Assembly: GCA_965649765.1 (NCBI GenBank)
Contig: OZ287750.1
Span: 7,006,001-7,070,000, forward strand
Reading direction: 5' to 3'
Source of the DNA: Bispira polyomma
Taxonomy: Eukaryota
DNA length: 64,000 nt
Shown here one piece after another: positions 26,701 to 35,700 of this stretch. Positions within the stretch are counted from its first letter, which is position 1; every line of letters starts with the position of its first letter. The notes below the pieces were generated by a model that saw nothing but the letters and a program-made list of their open reading frames with translations, ran no database searches and was not told where the DNA came from. Both the position numbers and the translations under genes were made by a program.

Positions 26701-29700
26701 GAGCGGTCAGCAGAGGGATCCAAATACTGTTAACCCTGGGGTTGGGACGGCGGGTAATGTGAATTTGAAAGGCTAAAAAAGAAGTGTTCACCTTATCCAG
26801 GGAGGCTAACAGAGATGGACCAAGTGCAAATTGGTCGAATAAAGGTGTATTTGATGGAGAGCAGGCGCTCCATTTATGTAGTCTGACACCGGCCAGAATA
26901 ATACACGGGAGAAGTGTTAAACAGAACTTCCACATTACTAACAGTTATTTTTAAAATGCAGTAGGCATGATTTTACATCATCTTATTACATGCACAGGAA
27001 GATGATTTAATAGCCCCATTTCTTTCAAAACAAGTCAAATGTGTGAATTTGTAAAATAAATGCTCCCGGAAGTAGTTTATACAGTGGGCACCTACAAGTT
27101 CTTTGTGAATGAAGCCGCCAAACCTTTTAAGGTTAACCACAACATTTTGATTGACAGTGGGGTTACAGTAAACTGTCAAAATTCTGCGTTACCCACCTGC
27201 ACTTCTGTAAAAGAAGTGCAGCATGAGGTTATTCATTTGGATGATATTATGTCGGAAACTGTGCAGTTTTTTGTAATGTACTCCATCCAGTCAGCCTTTT
27301 ATAATGTATAGATCATTTCCAAAATGATGTTTGATTTATGAAATTCTGTGTTAAAAATAGCACAAAATGTGGGTTTCCTTGATGTAATTGCCTTACGGAT
27401 GTTTGCTACATTTGCTGATGTCAGTTAATTAAACATTACATTGTATAAATATATATCAAAATATTTACATTTAACGTATGTCATGATATACAAAATATAA
27501 TGGGGAAAAAATAACAAATAAGTTAACTACGGCTATACCATTATCTCTCATGTAGAAATACAAATTCAGAGCAAATATTTGTTGAGGGTAATGTCACAAA
27601 AACAAATTAATACTATAATAGGAGAAATAATAAATGAGTCATCAACTAAATTTGGAAAGTAGGGTGGTAAAATCATATCATCTGACAAATTGGGAGTAAC
27701 GAAGGAAATATCTTGTTTTTGTTTTGATGTAAAGACCACATAAAAACAAATCAATTAATGAATTCCTTCTGTTCACAGTTTTACTCATTGAAATAAACTA
27801 ACAAACTGTCCATTTTAATTAAAAATTGTAATTATTTTGAATGAATTGTGTTATTATTTTATCAATTTTTATTTTTTATGACAATAACTTAGTATTACAT
27901 TAGCAGTTAATCATTAACAAGGAAAATACAGCAAATGCCAGAAATGTCCATCCCAGTATGGGCTGTAAGTCATTCTGAATAAAAATTCATTCAGACAAAT
28001 TTGATCGTTTATTTATGTTAACTAAACGAGTTAACATGCAACAACTTGTCGTAGTAACATTTTGATCAGATAATAACTTTCACAATATTATATGTGGCAT
28101 ATTGATAGCATTCGGTGTTTAGGAAATTCTTAAAGATTATTATCAGAATAATAGTACCCCAAACTCCCTCGTAATAGCTCACGCTTTCATAAGAACCCAC
28201 CCCTAGTTTCCTATAAATACTGTTAAAATTTTGAATGAAAAAAACATATTCTCTTTAGAGCCCATCCCCTACATTTCCTTAAATTCAATTTGAAAGCCCA
28301 TGGGCTATTACGAGGGAGTTTAGTTAAAACTAAACCACAATTGGAATTCGGTGTTATTTTTATATTATAAAGGACTGTTGTGTGGCATTTCTAAGTTATG
28401 TACCAAAAGTAGGGTTCAAAAGTGTTAGTACAAGGGATATGTAAAATAAACAAAAGTATTATTATAATATAATAAACTTGTGTCTGTCTTAATAAAGAAA
28501 TGGTAAGCAGTTCTGTGTACCAATATTGAGGTTCAAAATGATTAGTACAAGGATATGTAAAATAGACAAAGAAAACCCCACACCTGAACATGTAACAATG
28601 ATTACTTTTAACCAACAAAACACTCTATAAAAACCCCTTGTGTAGCATATCATATCAAAACATTTGACATATCAAAGAAAGCCACATCACAGAAAAGGCG
28701 CAGTCTAAACTCCTAAATAGCTATCTATTACATAAATAGGATAAAAAGAGAGGACAGAAATCTTTTAAGAAATACATAAAAGTGCACAGAAGTGTGTTGT
28801 TTAAAGCTTTTGATATCATATTTTATAAAGGAGTGAGTGTATCATTCCCCCCATTTTTATACTAACTAAACTTTAGGGGGGGGGGGGGGGATTCTCACCT
28901 AGCCTTACTCTGGCGTTCATAATTAGAGTCAGGTTTTACTATATTCTACGAATATACCAGATTTATATAGCCCCCTATCCATTCATAGAAATGCTCTAAG
29001 CGCTTTACAATAAAACATGAAGTAAATCTAATTATATATTGCGGTACAATAAATATATATAATTTTTTTATGAAACAGTATTTAATTAAAATTTAATGAC
29101 CCTGCTTACAGCTAGGAGTTTCACCAAGAAAAAGCTACAATTTGTTATTCAAACGTCCCTTGCCATGTATGTGGGGCAAAGTAAGCAGTAGACTTGTTAA
29201 AAATGGTTAGTTTTCAGTTTGGAAAACTTTGACCAATTACACTGATATTGTCTTATACTTACAGCTTTCCACCACAAATAACCCCCCGGCCCAACTATAT
29301 ATCATACACATCTTGCACTATGGCCTAGTGTGGATAACACACTCACTTAGGTGCACAGAAGACCTGGGTTTTAATCCCATTCTGGGGTGACCCAGTACAA
29401 GTAGATACATAGTGGCTCGGATGACCACTTAAAAATAGCAGTCCTGTGTCATTGGGTTCAATTTCCAATGGCAGGCCAAAGAACCTTTGGGGGACGTTGA
29501 TAAGCAATCATATTCGAGCCTGTCTTAGTTAGGGGATTGACAGTTACTGGTGCTGGTTGGCTGTACTTTGGCAGTCAAGAAATTATTAATCAGTGCTTTG
29601 AATACTAGATGAAAGGTAGAAAAACGCACTGAGTATATCAATATGACAATATTACTGGGAGCGACATTAACACTTTCGACTCCTAGGTTGTCGACTAGAA

Positions 29701-32700
29701 GCCAAAACATCATTTGTTACTCTCAAAACATCCTTTTGTTGGCAAACAGTCGACACACCGATAATATAAACTAAGCTGAACAATTTGAATTTGGATATTT
29801 AACGTTCACTCTAGTACCTTTTAGTAGGTTATATTGGGACGGGTAGTTGGAAACGCTGGAGGAAACACTGCAAACAGTCGGTCAAGGTTCTGCAGAGAAA
29901 CCAGCGGCCCACAGTAAGGAACTACCACCTTTCCCACATAGGCATCGACGGGATTCGAACTCACGCCACCCAGAGGTGAGAGACCAGTGATTGTGAAGCG
30001 CAATGCTTGCTAACCACTAGGCCACCGCGGCCCCAACTAAACTGAAACAAATCTATAGAAGTTGAGCAGGACAATGAGAAAACTTGAGACTTATTCAGGC
30101 TAGTGATGCCCCAATGACTCATGCCAGACAGAGACAATATGCATACATAAGTGAGGAACTTGTGGCTGATTGCTAGTAGGTTCCTGGGTTCAATCTCAAC
30201 TCTAGTCATTCTTGGGCCCAAAATTGTCACATGTTTTTTTGTACCATAAATAAGGATTTTTCATTTTTATCATTTCGAAAAATCTTAACGTTTAATAATC
30301 GTTAATAGGGCCATATATCCAGTGGGTAGAGGTTTTTGAGTTGGATGGGTCTCTGAAGTAAGTTAACAAAGCAAAAACTTTTTAATATTTCTAGTGTACC
30401 CTATCCCATTATAAAACCCCATCCCAATCAAATATCAATACAGATTCAAACTTTTCACTAATATTTTATTTTTGCGACGTCCATTGGATTAAAGTTCACA
30501 AACTATTATAGATTGGAGATTGATTTTCACTATCGCGTTACATTATAACTAAAATTAATTCCCAGTGAAAATTTCAACTTATTTACAGTATATATGGTGT
30601 GTACTTGCAGAAAAATCACAGAATTCAATACAAGCTGGTATTTGACCCTGTAGCATAGCCTCCAGCATTCAAGGCTGAAATTTATTTGTATCTACTCACC
30701 GTTACAAATGGTTTAATCTACAACAGCTGTCTGATCCAAAACTAGAATTAATTTACATTGTAAATCTTATTAGAATGTAAGTGATCCCCCCCATGGTCTA
30801 GTGGTTAGGGTGTTTGTGTGATGATGAGAAGGTCTTGGGTTCAACTCCTTGAATCGCTATACTAGCGCTAGTTTCAGTTGGTGGGATAACGTCCTTGGGC
30901 AAAATGCCTAGTGACTCGGATGAACACTTAACATGGCAGTCACAATTTCCAGTGGCAGATTAAAGATCCTTAAAAATGTTGATAAATGGTCATCCTTTAG
31001 CAAGCCTCGGTGCCCATAGTTGATTACCCATGAGAAAATGCATTTGAAATGACCCTGTGCTGTAACAAATGTCGTATTTCAGATTTTAGATTTTTAGAAC
31101 ATCTTTTAACATTATTTTGAGCTCCAACAAGGCTATATTTTAATGACATTACCAGAACTACAGAACACACATACACCCCTATGGCCCAGTGGGTTGCTGG
31201 ATTTCCTTGTTTATGCACAGATATACTGCACAAAACCACAAATCTGGCAAATTACACTACTTTTATATGTATATTGTAGAACTAGAAATTTACATAAACA
31301 AAGACCACGAAAAAAAATCCCCACGGGGCAATTAAGTGGTGAGTCAGAGGCTTTTAGAAAGCACCTGGTTCCTGTCTATCAATGAATATATGTGTAGGAA
31401 AGTTTGTACACACTTCAAAAACTTTTAAGTATCATATATATTATCAATGATTTACTTATATTACCATAAAAGGGCATATAAACATCAATAACTGTAAAAT
31501 AATATAATGTACTTGTGATAGCTATTGCTTTTATGGCATGCTGTAGTTTTGTACATTTACAAACCATGATGCATATTATCTAGATTTATCTGTCTCATAA
31601 AAATATGTTGTACAAATATGCAGTGAACATTTCAAGATTATCTGCCAATTTAAAAGCACAATTTATATTTAAGATTAAAAAAAAATAAATTAAAATATTG
31701 TGTTAAAATAACATTGATGAAACAAGACTTACAAAAAGTTTTAAGAAGGTCTTGCAAAATTACATTCCACAATTTGAAAACTACATAAACACTGTAAAGT
31801 TTTGAAGCTCATTAATACTAGTTGTTTTGCCTTAGGTTATTTAGTACATGTATATGATGAATTGTTTGGCAAAGTGAGAAATGGTGTGTGTCCTTAATTC
31901 AATTTTTCTTCAAAAATGGATTTAAATTTTTTAGCTAGCATGGATCAAAATCAACTTATGCTAGAAGAATAAAAAGCCATGCTGCCACATACAGCACAAA
32001 AACTAAAACCCATTAGAGGGACAACTTTGTGTGGAAAACCTTGCCCAAGGGTACAATATCCAGGCTAGAAGTGAGGATGGAACCTGGACCCTCTGATACA
32101 AAGTCCAACACTCTAACCACTAGGCCACAGAGACCACAATATGACAGAACTAATATCTAACATGGAATAGCTTGGGATATGCAAATCTGCTGAATGATTA
32201 AGCATCACCGCCTGGTAATGCAGACATAAGTTACCTGCCGATCTCAATTATACAGACTACTTAGAGCCTTTCTAAGGCTATAGATTTCTTAGACTGTGTA
32301 AATGTAATCATTACTTTCATAAAAAGAATAGTTGTATACAGTCTGTTGATGTCAACACCAACTACTTGCTAATTACAATTCTAATTACTCACATAATCCT
32401 TGTCACTCTAGAACTACCGGTATATGAGAGCAATTAGGCTACGGCACCTTTCACTATGTGAAGGGTGAAAAGGGCGAAAAGGAGTTGCGCCCCTTGCCAC
32501 CGGATGCTACAGGGTGGGTTAACACCCCCGTCTGGTTGCTTTTTCATTAACCAGCTGTTAACCCCCCTACCCCACGACCTTGCTATGCCCATGGACTTTA
32601 CGATTAGATCACTGATTCTGCTGTTGCGCTTTAGAAGATGCCTGGCATCAATAAAGCGCGTTAAAAATGCATAATAATAATAATTATCCAGACTTATATT

Positions 32701-35700
32701 AGCCTTTCTAAGGCCTTAAATTTGATCCCACATAATTATATAAGACTCAACTAGTCAATGAGCCTTAAGCAAGTCTAAACCAAAGTACAGGTTGAAAGTA
32801 CTTGTTGAATATTTGAAATCAGACATTACAAAAACATGGGAGTTTGTTTTATGTACACTCAGTTACAAATGTCAATCTGAATAAGGGAATAAATAGCATC
32901 CATGGTCCGGTTTTTACTGTTATTTTCTCAGTTAAGGATAAATAAACTCAAGACCACACAGATATATCCTTCTCTGGAAGGAAGTGGGTAAATTATTTTT
33001 CAAAACACACACCTGTGACCTTCATGTTTGCTTAGCCATAGCATTGATGTCATTATTTCACCAAAAAAATAACTTCTCTCATTAGAAGTATATGTTTTAA
33101 ATCATAATATAGGAAAATAAAGCTAAAAGTGGAAGTTTTCCTTTTTACTCAGTTTCCAGTGTAACAGAGTCAGTTGGATTCAGTATGGAATGGTGTTAAA
33201 CATATTAGGCTCAAAGTAAAAACATGTTATAGTAAATATGCGCAATCAGTAAATAAGTAAATCAGCAAAAAATTTTCCTGTGTTTAGGACTGCTTGGATA
33301 TATACGTATTACCTGAGATGATGTATAGCAAATCAAATTTATCAATAATAACACAGTAAATTATTTTGAACACACGAATTATAAAAAAACCTATCTAGCC
33401 TTGTTGGGCTGAAGACAACAGAACAGTTTATTTAATGCAATAGTATTCTATTAAAGATTAGTTTGTTTGTTTTCTTCATTAGTATTAACCTAAAATAATG
33501 CACTACCTTTTACTGACAACTTAAAAAGGCATAAAAAAATCAAAATATATATAGCTTTGCTGGCCATAGACCAAAAGAAAAATTGTATTTAATCTATTTA
33601 TTTTTTTTTTGTTTTAATGCCTCTGCCAAAGAGGTCATGTTTTTGCCCCTGGCTGTTGGTGTATAATTCTAGAATTCACTATACAAAACTTTTAAGTATA
33701 AAACTAAACACAAATGGTGTCCAGTGAGTTCTAGACTTCAGCCGATTACTTTGTTTTTCTATTTTGCAGGTGGTAAATCGGGCTCTGTTGCATTCTATAG
33801 ATCCAAAGTTTAGCCAATTATTTTGTTCTTATATCGATCCAGGTGGTAAGTGGGACCATGAGGAGATCTCTTACAGGATCAGTAGATATCCACAAGACGG
33901 AGATCTGACAGAGGCTGAAGTGGACAGAGAACTCTATAACGCCTTACAGGTCTGGCAAGAGGTGTCGCCACTCACATTCAGGCAGAAACACCCACGCGAC
34001 AACAACATAGACATTGACATTAAATTTGAGTCAGATGACCATGGGGATGGCTACCCATTTGACGGGGCAGGAAACGTACTGGCTCACGCCTTCTACCCAC
34101 AGTATGGTGGAGATGCTCACTTTGATGAGGCTGAAGTATGGACCAGGGAGAAAAATGATGGTAAGGCTGAGGATTTAAAAGAATGACGTTACAGTTAAAC
34201 TTCTAATATCATAAAACAAGAAGAGACTCTTATGTGTCAAACAAAAATAGCCGAAATAAGTTTATAAAATTGAATATTTGGATAATAGATGTTCAGATAC
34301 TGTTCTCTGGTATATATGAAAATACTGTTATATTATTGCCTATATCATTTTGTGGCATATCTAATTTGTTTATTTAAACTTACTTCCTATAGTTACAATG
34401 CATTTACCGCAGAATTTATATAAATATAATGTCCAAAAGGTATAAGATTTAGTCCAGTTATACCTAACTTTTACTGATATCCTAATTTAAAACAGTAGTA
34501 ATTTTGAATGTTGATACCATAAACTTGATTCTAGTTATAGAGAGATATGACTTACATTGGTAACAACATGTTTCAGGTGGCAGCACATGAGTTTAGTCAC
34601 TCCCTTGGTATTGGTTCTAGTTACTCTATTTCTAGTTTACTGTGTTTCCAGGTACCAACCTCTTCCAGGTGGCAGCACATGAGTTTGGTCACTCCCTTGG
34701 TCTGGCCCACTCTGCTGACCCCAATGCCCTCATGGCGCCATTCTATGCGGGGTACCAGCCTAACTTCAACCTGCCTGATGATGACATCCAGGGCATCCAG
34801 CGTGTGTATGGTGTACCAAAGCCTAAAGATCCATCCACCACCACCACTACCACCACTACCATTGCCCCTCGTCCAAAGACGACCCCAAAGCCTCGCGTCA
34901 CTGAACGACCAAGACATGTTCCCGACGTCTGCAAATACGGCACCTTTGATGCCATAACCACACACATGGAAGGTTCCAAGAAGGTGGTCTATGCTTTCAG
35001 AGGTCACATGTACGTCCGCCTAGACAACCTTGCCATAGCCCCTGGATATCCTAGATCAATCAGGGGAGACTGGCGTGGGTTACCCTCTCATATTGATGCA
35101 GCCTTAACCTGGGATGCTGAATATAGGAACTACTGGAAGTTCAATGCAGCCAAGAAAGACTATGTGTATACCAAAGAGATCATTAAGCCTGCCAGAACCT
35201 ACTTCTTCAAGGGCAGCAAGTACTGGAGATTTGAGAACAGGAAGCTTCAGCCTGGCTACCCCAAACTCATCTCAACCTGGGGCCTTCCCAATGACATCGA
35301 TGCTGCATTTGTCTGGAGCGGAAATGGCAAGACTTACTTTACCAAAGGTATGGAAATAATGGTTAGATCAAAGGATTTAACAGTCATGATTTTGAAATGT
35401 TTTTTTTTAATTGTTGAATCCCAATTTTAACACCCTTGAGTATTTCTCTTGTTTCACAGATTGTAGTGGCTTTGATTGTAGTGATCAGTACAACTTTTTG
35501 AGAACTAGCATGTCAGACAACCCAATGGATAAGTCAACAGGGACATAACTTGTATTCTTTTTAAAAAGCTAAAGTTACTTCAGTTTTGGTAGATATTTTG
35601 ACATACATGAGTAATGTATTGTTTTGAAATTGATACTCCACTCATTATCTGGCATTCAAAGCCCTAATTAACATTTTATTGAAGTACAGCCAATCAGCAG

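Noticed and set aside
32437-32500. Hammerhead or HDV ribozyme in the family C head
   Set aside because: Stem-GAAA-stem is present, but there is no CUGANGA and no valid UH site; I could not build an HDV pseudoknot by eye.
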